In this document: positions 1 to 13,299 of the stretch, piece by piece
Position numbering within the stretch: the stretch's first letter is position 1
Layout of the letters: each line of letters opens with the position of its first letter
Source: Octopus vulgaris
Lineage: Eukaryota
Length of the DNA: 64,000 nucleotides
Assembly: GCA_951406725.2 (NCBI GenBank)
Contig: OX597831.1
Location: forward strand, 78,492,001-78,556,000
Direction of reading: 5' to 3'
The notes under the pieces: model-generated
Told to the model about the DNA's origin: nothing
Databases searched by the model: none
The model's input: the letters and a program-made list of their open reading frames with translations, nothing else
Position numbers and translations under genes: made by a program

Positions 1-458
1 ATGCGAGCAAGATTGCGTATACATATGTGTACATGTATATGTGTGTATATTTTCGTTTTGCATTTATATGTCTGTATATGTATGTGGTCTGCGCACATCT
101 ATCTGTGTATTTTGATGTATACATGTATATTGATGGTTTTGTATGAGTAAGTACTGTTGTGAAATATTTTAATATGTTTTAATATATTTTAATTTCAATT
201 TTTATATATTAATTGTATTAATCGAATTATATTTTCTTATTTTCTACATAATTATTGACGATATGTATTTGAATCAAATCTTTGATTTAAGGTTTTTCCT
301 CGATTTTTATAATTTTATATTGAGCCCATTTATTTGTTTTGTTTAGCGCTCGCATATGACCGTTATTTGCAAGGACCAACCAAACAAGTCCATTTTTAAA
401 GGTGTAACGTTTATACTAGTCTTGATAGAATTGTCATATCGGTTCTATTTTAACAAAA

Positions 459-496
459 CTGTCCGACGAACGAGAACATGAAACTCCGAGTAACAG
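459..496 (+). ncRNA. Degenerate minimal type I hammerhead-like motif in a short AT-rich repeat
   Basis: ctgt-CCGACGA-acgagaacat-GAAA-ctccgag-TA-acag. Stem I ctgt/acag and stem III ctc/gag pair; the core has U4>C and stem II is only about 1 bp. Confidence 0.4.
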
Positions 497-598
497 CTTT
501 TGTTGAATTTCTGCTGCTTTTAAATAAAGCATATTACTCTACCTCTGGTATTTGTGTACTCCTTTTTCCACCTTGTTTCACATTTATGTGTTTACTCC

Positions 599-664
<66 letters not shown>

Positions 665-875
665 AACAACAGCACGGAGATGCAGCATAGAATTTTGTTA
701 GTGAACAGGTCGCGGTCTCAAAGCGACGAAAATATTTTGACACAAATTAAGTGAATCTAACGGATTTTGTGTGTTTCTTAAATTGCTTTTAAAAACACCT
801 TCCACGCAGCAATTGTTTTCTTTCCAACACACGATCTCAGATCAGGTCACTTGCTATGCAAGTACACCTCCGTAA
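665..875. mobile_element. Partial copy of the fold-back/MITE-like element at 5745-6062
   Basis: Shares ttagtgaacaggtcgcggtctcaaagcgacgaaaatattttg...cacgatctcagatcaggtca...tatgcaagtaca with 5878-6062. Confidence 0.7.
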
Positions 876-937
876 TATATATATATATATATAGATCTGA
901 ATACGTGTTGGCATGTGAGTATATATTTATACACTTA

Positions 938-1010
<73 letters not shown>

Positions 1011-1267
1011 TCACACGTATATGTCACATTCTTTAATGTCAGAGCAGGCTTTTTAAATGGTGAACATGGCTCTAAACTTTGACCTCTGTCTCTGTTCCTA
1101 CCGAAACAGGGTCTTCTAATCGCAGGGATATCGGTGGGATGGGGTGTGGTGAGAGGGTGTGCAAAGATGAGGGGGTGATTAAGGAGAAGGGAGCGGAGAG
1201 GGGGCTTAATGCACAGTAATTTCAACGTTATTATCAACACGAGAACAACATCAACAGCGACAGCTAC

Positions 1268-1491
1268 ATCATGATCATCGCTATCATCATCATCATCATC
1301 ATCATTATCACCATGATCATCATCACTATGATGGTGATGATCATCATCATCATCATCATCACCACCAACATCGCCATCATCATCATCATCATCGTCGTCA
1401 TCATCATCATCATCATCATCATCAACATCATCATCATCATCATCATCATTATCATCGTCGTCGTCATCATCATCATCATCATCATCATTAC

Positions 1492-1537
<46 letters not shown>

Positions 1538-1544
1538 GTCGTCG

Positions 1545-1601
<57 letters not shown>

Positions 1602-2055
1602 CCTTCATCATCGTCGTCGTCGTCATCATCATCATTATCAACAACTAGGACAGCATCGAATCCTCCGTAAACAATGATGGCGACTACGACGACGACGACG
1701 ACGACAACAACAAGTAGAACCACATCAGCAATGACGGCAACAGCAAGAAAAACGATACTAGCGACAACAACAACGACGACAATAAACATAATAAACAACA
1801 CAAACAATGCCAATAATGATAACAACAACAACAACAACAACGACGACGTCGAAGAGATAAATGTGTGAAAGAATTTATGAATGATGTTTGCATTCCATGG
1901 ACATTTTCCCGTTTGAATTACACATCGGTTGGTGGTGGTGGTCATTATGGTGAGTGATGGTGGCGGTAGTGGTGGTGGTGGTGGTGGTGGTGGTGGTGGT
2001 GGTGCTGCTGCTGCTGCTGCTACGAACGGTAATGATGATGATGATGAGGTGATGA
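1268..2055. repeat. Compound trinucleotide microsatellites (ATC)n/(GTC)n/(AAC)n/(GGT)n/(GCT)n
   Basis: Direct reading; explains the poly-D/I/M/P ORFs, including 935-2119. Confidence 0.95.
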
Positions 2056-2057
2056 AA

Positions 2058-2272
2058 GGCGGCGAGGAACTGGCAGAATGGTTAGCCGTATTTTGTCTGC
2101 CGTTATGTTCTGAGTTCAAGTTCCGCCGAGGTCGACTTTACCTTTCATCCTTTCGGGGTCGATTAAATAAGTACCAGTTACGCACTGGGGTCGATATAAT
2201 CGGCTTAATCCGTTTGTCTGTCCTTGTTTGTCCCCTCTGTGTTTAGCCCCTTGTGGCTAGTAAAAAATAGGT
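2058..2272 (+). mobile_element. tRNA-derived SINE family A (long-tail form)
   Basis: Head ggcggcgag..tggcagaat (A box), gagttcaa (B box), core gtcgacttt(a/g)cctttcatcctttcggggtcga, tail gccccttgtgg..agtaaa; many copies in the window. Confidence 0.9.
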
Positions 2273-2454
2273 AATGATGATGATGAGTTGTGGTGGATTG
2301 GTGGGGGGTGGTATTGTTGCGTGTTGTCGTTTAGGTAACTCTAGTGGTAGTAGTGGTAATGGCAGCGGCGGTGGTTGGATGTGTGGTAGGTAGTGGTGGC
2401 AGTAATAGGGTCATTCTTACCACATTTTCACGACGTCTGTTTTTAATATTATTT

Positions 2455-2632
2455 TATGTTTGACTTTTGCTTTACATTTGCACAAGTTGGCTCCAAGTCT
2501 CTCACCCAGAGACATCATGAGACAAGTTTGAAGTTCATGTTGCTGTTATGCCTAGGGTGCCATATATTTGGTTTTAGTACATAGTGTTCTTCTAGAGAAT
2601 GTTTAAGAAACCATAAGAAAATTATGTGTTTG
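2455..2632 (-). mobile_element. 3' UTR fragment of an R4/Dong-type RLE LINE
   Basis: Reverse complement matches the 3' tail of the RLE fragment at 57660-57830 (ggagccaacttgt...aaagcaaaagtcaaacata); adjacent to (TTA)n. Confidence 0.75.
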
Positions 2633-2758
<126 letters not shown>

Positions 2759-2772
2759 GTTATTATTATTAT

Positions 2773-3295
2773 TGAGTGAGAGAGCAGTGCATGCCATCAA
2801 AGTGACACTGGGGTAAAATATACGAAGCCCAGTATATCCATCATGACTACCCGTCTGATAAGGGTACACCAAGCACATGCATCACAACCATATGTGCGCG
2901 ACATGATTTCATATCAAGATAAACAGGTGGGGCCCAGTTAGAATTTTCTTCTGGTCGAGTAACCCATCCCGCTCAAAAGGTCCCTTGTTTAAGGATGTTG
3001 AACAAAACACCCATGTTTCCAGAAGTTAATTATTCAAACAATCCCTCTCAACACATGGCTATGATGCTCCCCCACTACTTCTGCTCATGATCAGAGATGC
3101 ACATATCGTCAGCCACTAAGGGACATGCTCAACTGGTTAAGGCCAAACAACTGACAAGCAAATCTGTGGTATTGAGCAGAATATTTGCTGTAGCCCATCT
3201 TTTATGCCAAGACAAAGCAACGTACATGATGACACTTCCAATCAGTTAAGATCAGAAGCCATGAGACCCACTGACCGGTACTGCATTAGGGCATT
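2773..3295 (-). mobile_element. Family D non-coding retroelement (longest copy) within (AAT)n
   Basis: Homologous to 14352-14713, 16512-16974 and 22807-22926. All share the end ...gcactgctctctcactca followed by an AAT array. Strand is inferred. Confidence 0.8.
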
Positions 3296-3321
3296 TATTA
3301 TCATTATTATTATCATTATTA

Positions 3322-3371
<50 letters not shown>

Positions 3372-3724
3372 AGTAGTGGTGGTGGTGGTGGTGGTGGTCG
3401 TCGTCGTCGTCGTCGTTGTGGAGGTGCAGGGGGTGGGGTTCGTGTTTGCGGTACAGGTTGCGGTTGTTGTAAGCGCTAAGAACTATTAAGGCAGGATATC
3501 CGAAACGGGAAGTCAAGTTGTTAATTAGAAGTAATTACTCAAACGATTAGTTGTGATGGCGATGGTGGTAGTGGTGGTGGTGGTGGTGGAGGCTGTTGCT
3601 GTTGTTGTTGGTGGTGGTGGTGGCCATGACGGTGATGGTGGTGTAGGTGGTGGTGGTACTGGAGACAAAGTTGACACGTATACACACGTGACCACGCACA
3701 TACACATATGCGCACATGCAAACA

Positions 3725-3786
<62 letters not shown>

Positions 3787-3809
3787 TATATGTATATTTA
3801 TATATATAC

Positions 3810-3847
<38 letters not shown>

Positions 3848-4386
3848 CATATATAAATGTTAAGTGCTTGTGTTTGAGTAATATTTATCGCTTTCACACA
3901 CCCTTCTCTCTCTCTCTCTCTATTTCTCCCTTCCTCTCTCTGTCTCTTTCTTTCTCACTCCCTCTCTCTGTTTCTCTTTCTCTCTCTGTATATGAGTGTA
4001 TGCGCGTGTGTGTGTAGTTTTCTATGTATGAATGTGTGAATGTGTGTATGTATGAGTGTGAGTGTGTGTGTCCTCGAGTGTGTGTGTGTGTTTGTATGTG
4101 TGTTTATCTGTATGTGTGTGTGAGTGAGTGAGTGTGTGTGTGTGCGTGTGTTTGTATGTGTGTGTGTATAAAGGTAAGTATATGGAATAGCATTTAAATT
4201 TGAATAATTAACGAAATAGTCAATAAACACACCGGAAGCTAAACTCCCTCTAGTGGATGTTTCCCGTCTAAAAGCTACAAGTATGGGACACGGTACTAGC
4301 GATATAATCAGACAACGGGAAATTTCGGATAGCGAAACCGACAGAGTTGCTTTTGGGTGTTTTCTTTGAAATTCATCCGGTGAACT

Positions 4387-4427
4387 CATCGTACATGTTT
4401 CAGCCGTACGAAGCCTCCTCAGCGAAG
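4387..4427 (-). ncRNA. Minimal type I hammerhead ribozyme motif
   Basis: Minus strand: cttcg-CTGAGGA-ggct tcgtac ggct-GAAA-catg-TA-cgatg. Intact core, palindromic stem III, GUA triplet, stem II with G.U pairs. Confidence 0.7.
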
Positions 4428-4489
4428 CCTATTTTACTCACTTGCTAAGACTACGGACTGGTCAGTATACACACATACACACACGCACG

Positions 4490-4593
<104 letters not shown>

Positions 4594-4599
4594 TATAGA

Positions 4600-5175
4600 T
4601 GTAAAACCCTCACAAACGAAGGATGCATTGGTTCTTCTCCGATGAGTAAAACTTGGACCAAAAGTCTAACAGGAGAAATCTCCTAGGGTTAGACGCAGCT
4701 CCTTCTGATGTCCCCAGAGTGATGCATTTTAAATCTCCGACAAGTGTGACGGTCTTAGGAATCTTGAGTATCGAAGGAGATGTCATGCCAACCTCACAAA
4801 TCTCCAAAGGATCTTAGAATTAATGCTGCTGAAAATGTTGAGGTGCTGGAGACAGTTGTTAAGCTCTGAACGGATAAAGTACTCAACTGAAGGACATATG
4901 TGTTTCAACAAGACTCACCGTCTTCTCGCAAAACCCACGTTACCCAAGAACGGATGACGATCAAGCAACACTAAACTTGTGTCGTTAAACCTCGCCAGAT
5001 TGAAATACATTTGGACTTTGTGGAGAGGGAAACTAAGCGATATTCTCACAATATCACAGCTTTACTGAAGGCCGCTGTTGGGCTGGTGATGTCCGAAATT
5101 GATAATTATTATTTAGTGCAGAAATATCAACAATTTTGGTAGCGCATCGAAGCTGAAGGTGGATTTATAAATAAT
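4600..5175 (+). pseudogene. Degraded Tc1/mariner-superfamily transposase
   Basis: Translates with stops and frameshifts as WFFSDE*N...PRVMHFKSPTSVTVLGILSIEGDVMP...EVLETVVK...YVFQQDSPS (first two catalytic D motifs). Confidence 0.8.
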
Positions 5176-5224
5176 CCCATAGATTATCATAAAAGATTAT
5201 TGAGGATATCTTTTATGTTTTCTA

Positions 5225-5600
5225 TTCTACCCGTCTCAGTCATTGGACAGAGGCCATGCTGGGGCACTATCTTGAAGCATTTTTTAAAAGCCTAATACTT
5301 ATTCTTTTGGTTTCATTTTGCCAAACTTCTAAGTTAGGAGAACGTAAACAAAGCAACACCGACGATCAAACGGTGGTGGAAGATCAAACACAACCTCTAA
5401 CGCACAGGTATGGATGTGTACATACTTATGTATATGCAACGGGATTCATTCAGTTTCCCTTTACCATATCCAATTACAAGGACTTGGACGGTCCGGGTTT
5501 GGCACATAAATCGCTTGCATAAAGTGTCAAGCAGAGGTTTTGAAACCGGACCATGTGGTTGGGGAGCAAACATCTTACCACACAACCACAACTACCGGCT
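5225..5600 (-). mobile_element. Degenerate composite SINE (family B head plus C tail)
   Basis: Contains cagtcatt..ggccatgctggggcac and gaaaccggaccatgtggttggggagcaaacatcttaccacacaacc, matching better copies elsewhere in the window. Confidence 0.65.
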
Positions 5601-5647
5601 TATTTTATTAAATTACTTATGTGTCTTCAATTACCACTTGTAGCCAC

Positions 5648-5709
<62 letters not shown>

Positions 5710-5744
5710 CGTGCGTGTGTGTGTGCGCGTGCGTGTGTGTGCGT

Positions 5745-6062
5745 AATTGCAGCGCGGAGGGTGTTCATAAGCCATTTAAGAAACACACAAAAACCGTTAG
5801 ATTCACTTCAACATATAAATTTAAGTTGCCAAAATATTTTCGTCGATTTGAGCCCACTGACAAAATTATGTGCTGTATTAGTGAACAGGTCGCGGTCTCA
5901 AAGCGACGAAAATATTTTGGCAAATTAAATTTAAATGAAGTGAATCTAACGATTTTTGTGTGTTTCTTAAATGGCTTATAAACCCCTTCCACGCTGCAAT
6001 TGTTTTTGCTCCCGCACACGATCTCAGATCAGGTCAACTGATATGCAAGTACATCTCCGTAA
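5745..6062. mobile_element. Fold-back/MITE-like palindromic element
   Basis: 5749-5852 is an imperfect inverted repeat of 5897-6001; a second partial copy lies at 665-875. Confidence 0.75.
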
Positions 6063-6171
6063 TAAATAAATAAATATATGTGTGTATGTATATATATAAA
6101 AACTAAACACGTGTCTGTCTTGGCACAGAAAGCTGGGGTTAGTTTCTCAGATTGCACTTACACTGAACGAT

Positions 6172-6244
6172 TATACTGATGAGGCCACGGACATTTGAAT
6201 TATGTAAGTAATTCTTTTGCTAAAGGCCGAAATCGAGGTATGCA
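6172..6244 (+). ncRNA. Type I hammerhead motif, partly decayed
   Basis: tata-CTGATGA-ggcc...ggcc-GAAA-tcgagg-TA-tgca. Intact core and 4-bp stem II; stems I and III imperfect. Confidence 0.6.
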
Positions 6245-6861
6245 TTTAATTCTGTTTTTTATATAAATTTTCATCTGTCTTGCCCGCCAAATTTGGTTCT
6301 GGTGTTCGCTGAATTTTTCCTCTAGAGAATTCCTTTGTAGTTTGATCGTTGATGATCTATTTCTAGCATACGGCCGACTTCCTAGCAGTCAAGCCCTGCC
6401 AATATACACATATATTAGAATTTTCTCTGATTTCTCAGATTTTTTGTATCCTAGAATACTGGTTTTAAACTGATATTAAAATTAATATTAATTTATCTCC
6501 CTCATTATATATATATATATATATATATGAATGGATCTATGTGTGTATATGCATACGCAGGTATTATTTTTGTATACATATGTGCATACATGTATATTTA
6601 TATGTTTATATATATATGAATGTATGTATATATATGTATGAATGTATATATATATATGTATGTATGTATACATATATATATATATGTGTGTGTGTATATA
6701 TATGTAAGCATATACATATGTATATATATGCATATATATATGTGTATGTATATATATATGTGTATGTGTGTATATATATGAATGTATATATATATATACC
6801 TGTATACCTATACATATATAAATATATGCATACATATATACGCACACTCCAGCCCACTCAC

Positions 6862-6965
6862 CTCCAGCTGGCGCACATACGCCTCTCGTTGTCTTCGAAA
6901 GGACACGCGCACTTACTGCCACGTGTTGGTCGGTGTGTAGCTACTTTTGATGTCCCTGTGATATC
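6862..6965 (-). CDS. Candidate isolated 104-nt internal exon of an unidentified gene
   Basis: Minus strand ttctttcttcaaag| ... gag|gtgagt with one open frame (DITGTSKVATHRPTRGSKCACPFEDNERRMCASW); non-repetitive, GC-richer island. No homology recognised. Confidence 0.3.
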
Positions 6966-7276
6966 CTTTGAAGAAAGAATATGCTACTCAGTCTCTGATT
7001 ACTCAGAGAATAGCAGGGACCTATATAATAGACACCAGAGTCAGGGAGAGGGAGAGAGAGAGAGGGGGTTACGGAGGCAAGGAGGGGGAGGGAGAGGGTT
7101 GGGAGGCAGTCGTAATTGTCTGAGAGAGAAAGTTCAAGAGTGACACAATATAATAGATTGCTGTTGATGTTGTTTGGCCTCAAGTCAAGACTTGTTAAAG
7201 TGAGTCCAGCCGTGACTATTCCGGCTGATTGTATACGTATGGGTGTATGCATGTGTGTATATATACACACACACGC

Positions 7277-7348
<72 letters not shown>

Positions 7349-7350
7349 AA

Positions 7351-7826
7351 CGTAAAATATATTTGCCAACTAAATGTGGCGGTCCCATAGAGGGCGGTGT
7401 TTCTGTTGTTTTTAGCCCCAGGAAGACATCTCCAGCTGGCTAACGATACACTGTGTCCGGTTAGTATTTGTGAGGGGAGGTCTTCGCTCCTATCTCTAGC
7501 CTTACGCGATACACATAGACCCGTGTTTCTGGGTAGTTACCCGTCATCAGTGTGTGATTATCACTAGTTAGTGATAAAAACTCTTTCCACTCGAAAATAC
7601 TCTATGCTGTTTCCCAGAGGCAAACAATCACTGATCTCGAAAACGGAGAAATAAGCTATATTAAATCTCTGAGTGAGAGTTAAACAGTAACAATACGGAA
7701 TCGTAAAATATATTTGCTAACTAAATGTGGCGGTCCCATAGAGGACGATGTTACTGTTGTTTCTTAGCCCCAGGAAGACATCTCTTCCAGCTGGCTAATG
7801 ACACACTGTGTTTGTCCGATTAGTAT
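7351..7826 (-). mobile_element. Partial tandem repeat (351-bp period) carrying a hammerhead; Penelope pLTR/retrozyme-like
   Basis: 7351-7467 is repeated at 7702-7826, with the HHR at 7512-7556 between them. A related segment occurs at about 49510-49630. Confidence 0.7.
7512..7556 (-). ncRNA. Minimal type I hammerhead ribozyme motif
   Basis: Minus strand: cacaca-CTGATGA-c gggt aact accc a-GAAA-cacggg-TC-tatgtg. Intact core, GUC triplet, 5 of 6 pairs in stem I. Confidence 0.75.
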
Positions 7827-7833
7827 GTATATA

Positions 7834-8269
7834 TAATAATCCCTCAACTATCACGGGGGTTACGTTCTAAAACCCACCGCGATAGTTGAAAATCCGCAAA
7901 GTAGAAACAATACTGTGCTGTATATTTATCTTTTATAATTTGCATTTATTTATTTTATTATAAATGCAAAGCAACACACCCGCACTCGTCTCTCAAATTT
8001 CATTTTCCATACAGTACGTGCGATTCTTTGTTTATTCATCTACGGTACTCTACGTACTTTATTTTAATATATTTTAATTAATGTGTTATCCAGTGCAGTA
8101 CTGTACTATATTTTTATTTAGTAATTTATTAATTTTTAGGCGTAAAAATGTTTATTTTACCACAGAAATGATTAAAATCTAAAAAAATATATAAATACCA
8201 ATCGGCCGTAGAAACCCGCGATATACTTAGGGTACGATAGGTTAACCGCGATATGGCGAGTGATTTCTG
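7834..8269. mobile_element. Tigger/pogo-type MITE
   Basis: Imperfect TIRs taataatccctcaactatcacgg / ccgcgatatggcgagtgatttctg, flanked by TA; AT-rich non-coding interior. Confidence 0.7.
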
Positions 8270-8283
8270 TACATACATACATA

Positions 8284-9507
8284 TATAAGCTGTTCACAAA
8301 GATAATTCTGAACAGTTTATCACATCATCTCGACGAACAACAACCGAGGGAACAAGCCGGCTTTCGGAAAAACTACAGCACGATGGACCATATATTTACT
8401 CTAACACAACTGCTTGAGTGAGCGAATGAGTACAAGCTGCCTCTTTGCGTTGCGTTTGTAGACTATGAGAAGGCCTTCGATAGCGTCGAAACCAACGCAG
8501 TGCTGAACTCGCTGCAGAGGCAAGGAGTCGAGACGCAATATGTGCAACTGCTCAGGGAGGCAAATTCCGGACGCACCACCGACATAGCTCTGCTGTCATC
8601 ACCCGTACGAGTGCCAGTCGAGAAGGGAGTGAAGCAAGGAGATACAATCTCCCCAAAATTTTTCACAGCACGTCTCGAGCAGATTATCAGAGACATCGAC
8701 TGGCAAGGCGGTGTAAACATCAATGGCAAGCTCCTCACCCATCTCCGTTTCGCTGACGACATCGTAATCATCGCTGAAACCGCGGATCAGCTGACGGAGT
8801 CGACATCAAAAGCTCTTCAGTAGGTCTCAAGATGAACCGCACGAAAACGAAGTTCATGCGGTCAGACAACGTACCAACAGGTCGAATGGTGATCGGCAGT
8901 GATGAAATAGAGGAGGTAAAGGAATATGTCTACTTGGGACAGGAAGTGAATATGTGCCGAGATATCGAAAAGGAGATCTCACGGAGAGTAAGGGCCGGAT
9001 AGAAGGCGTGTAATGGCACAAGGGATGTGCTCAAGGGAAAGCTGGACAGGACCACCCGTGCCAACCTCATCAACAGTACAGTTCTACCTGCAATGTTGTA
9101 TGGTAGTGAAACATGGGCTACAACAAAAAGAGAAGAGCAAAGACTGGTAACGGCTCAAAGAGCCATGGAAAGGTCAATGCTTGCAATCTCGTTGAGAGAG
9201 CACATCAGTAGCGAGGTCATCAGAAAGAAGTCCGGCGTGAGGGATGTCATCGCAGAGTATACACGCAGCAAGTTTAGATGGGCTGGACACGTCGCCCGGC
9301 TCACCGATAATCGGTGGACCCGCGCAATTGTCAAGTGGTACTGGCGCGAGCGGAAAAGACCACCCGGAAGGCCTCCACGACGGTAGAGTTACGATTTCAG
9401 GAGGACGATTGTGATCACGTGGATGAGAAAGGCGCGATCCAGAGAGGTGTGGACAGCGTGCTGTGACCAGCGGTGACCCGACGGACTGGTTGCTCAAGGT
9501 GATCAAG

Positions 9508-9512
<5 letters not shown>
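8284..9512 (+). mobile_element. 5'-truncated RTE-clade LINE (reverse transcriptase pseudogene)
   Basis: QPREQAGFR, FVDYEKAFDS, GVKQGDTISPKFF, LRFADDIV, YLGQ, YGSETW, RWAGHVAR, RPPGRPPRR with stops and frameshifts; short tandem 3' tail caaggtgatcaaggtgat. Confidence 0.95.
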
Positions 9513-9550
<38 letters not shown>

Positions 9551-9647
9551 CTTCCTCCTTTCTTTCCTTTCCTGAGCGTCCAATAACACTATACTTGTTC
9601 CACGTCCTCGCATTGTTGTTTTCTGTTTGTGCTTTCATGCTTGGATT

Positions 9648-9708
<61 letters not shown>

Positions 9709-9983
9709 TGTATGTATGTATATATATATGTGCACTTATACATTTACGTAGATTCTCACACGCACATATACCTATACATTTCTTCTTTTACTTTATACAT
9801 GTTTCAGTCATTAGACTACGGTCATGCTACAGCATCGTCTTGTCGGACTGTGGTCAACTCCCCACTTTGAGGTGAGAAGAGTCACTGTGCTGCCGAGATA
9901 GATAAAGGCCTCGGTGGGTGTACTTTAGGTCTTGTACTGTTCCCAGATCGGGTCCTCTCGATCTACTGAAGGGCTGGTAGAGC

Positions 9984-10038
<55 letters not shown>

Positions 10039-10143
10039 GGGGAGGGTGAGAGAGAGAGGGTGAGAGAGAGAGAGAGGATGAAGGCTTTAGTTCACCTGTG
10101 ATCTAAACAAATAGGTACGCTGGGTCTAAAATAGTCATACCTT

Positions 10144-10220
10144 GTCTCTGATGACGGGAATACCCAGTGCATGGACATGCTAACCATCCACTTGGGTTAT
10201 TCCAAAAACGGGTGTAAGAC
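10144..10220 (+). ncRNA. Decayed type I hammerhead motif with long stem II
   Basis: gtct-CTGATGA-cgggaatacccag...ttgggttattcc-aAAAA-cgggtg-TA-agac. GAAA is mutated; stem I gtct/agac is the same as in the 40471 motif. Confidence 0.55.
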
Positions 10221-10322
10221 TTCAAATACATCTTGCCCTAATTAAATTATTATAAATGACTTGGTTTTAATTTTCTGCCTTGTTTTTGATTTTCACCCTA
10301 ATATAATGTGTGCGTATGTATG

Positions 10323-10364
<42 letters not shown>

Positions 10365-11040
10365 AATATATATATACATGTGTGTGTGTATATTTTATTC
10401 GTGGGTTAACATGGCTACCATTGTTTTTAGGTCGAGAATTCTCAGTAATTATCATGTCTTCAATATTTTGGGTTGATTATACTTATCTCCATCATAGGTG
10501 AGAATTCGCGGCATGAAACCAATGGTAGACTTATTAACCCACAAAAAAAGAGGATATTTTTCCATCAATGACTTGTTGAACACAGATTCTCACTACTCGA
10601 TATTAGCATATGTATGTATACATCTATGTGTGTGTGTATGTGTAAGTGTGTGTGTGTGTGTACAGTAGTAGAAGTAGTAGTAGTAGTAGTAGTAGTATGA
10701 ATAGTAGTAGTGGTGGTGGTGGTTGTGGTGGTGGTGGTGGTAGTATAGCGTTGGCGGAATGGTGTTCTTGTTGGTGGTAGAATTATAAGTAATATTAATA
10801 GTAATAGTGGTGGTGGTGGCGGCGGTGGCGATTGCGTTGTCGGTGGTGGTGGTCGTCGTTTGTGTGTCGACGAATATAACAATCATCTTAACCAACACTT
10901 AATATAAAAACAATAAAATGTAATAGCCAAAAAATAAATATATATAAACAAGAAAGAACAAAAAGCAAACAAATTCTTCTCCTCCCACTGCACCTCCTAC
11001 CTCATCCCCGAACTCTCCTGAGTCTCCACTCATCAGTGGC

Positions 11041-11103
<63 letters not shown>

Positions 11104-11316
11104 AGTTTGTGTGTGAGTGTGTGCTAGCGTGTGTTTGTGGCTGGGTCAAAGGTTAGAGTATATTGTAAATGTTATTTTTAAAACTATCGGATGATGTGTG
11201 AACGTAAAGTAGGATAATATTGTTGTTGTTGTTGATGATGCTGTAAGTGGGAGTGGGGGGTGAGGGTGGGGTGGTAGTGATGTTGAAGTTGTATCTTTTG
11301 ATGGGGGTGGTCCAAT

Positions 11317-12533
<1,217 letters not shown>

Positions 12534-13299
12534 CATATTGTATAAATTTATTAATCCTAGTCTTTCTTTATGCTTCCGTAATTTAATGAGAACATGGAGT
12601 AAATCATAAAGCCGCGTTTAAAATGTTTGGCAGAGCTAAGCCGATTAGACACTCTCCAAGAATTTCCGGGAACTTTGTCTAAATCAAAGTTTTAAAGATC
12701 AAATTCCTTTACAATTTCCTCTTAAGAAGTCATTTTTGCCCCCGTCATTCTCCTTACTACTTACAGACGTCAAGTATTGTCGATTCTAGTAGAGGCTCGT
12801 ACAGTAGCATTTTCTAAGGTTTTTCTTTGGGTGAACCTTCGAAATCCATTCCATACCGAAAGGGACCCTTACACAATAATTTATATATTGTTTTATTCAT
12901 TTTGTTTCTCTTTCATAAAATTACATATCATTCCTGATTAAGCAAATCTTGAGAAAGTCTTTGAAAAATTCGTCAGTGCTTAATCCGGCAGAAACCACCA
13001 GGAGGCTTCAGAAATTTTATTTTATCCAAGACTTAATTTCACCAAATTCCCTTATAATTCCTTAGAAAATAGCCGTGTCTGTATAATAGAATTACGAAAA
13101 TAAAACTAGAACTAAAATGCATGTTCATAATTCTTGCAAATACTCAAACGATTTGTCACGAAACCCAAGATTTTCGGTGAACCATTGTTGGAAAGTGCTG
13201 AACCGCAGTGCTTCTATAAGTTTGTTATTCAATATATCTTATTGATAAAAAAGAAGGTAGAGCAAATTTCCTTCTACTAAATACAACATCGTCAGATAG

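Noticed and set aside
935-2119. 394-aa ORF with poly-P/L/V/D tracts
   Set aside because: It begins inside a SINE and consists of trinucleotide microsatellites. The same applies to the many YI/HT/CV/SIYL/poly-I ORFs in the window.
3230-3295. Weak resemblance of the family D end to U2 snRNA segments
   Set aside because: Only two short gapped matches; no Sm site or branch-point pairing region.
6915-6965. Protein kinase catalytic loop (HRDIKSS)
   Set aside because: It lacks the invariant Asn and the flanking hydrophobic residues, and no other kinase subdomains were found.
12905-12982. Minus-strand CTGACGA...GAAA
   Set aside because: No stem II, III or I pairing. Isolated CTGANGA words at 8753, 17078, 17669 and 32558 were rejected likewise.
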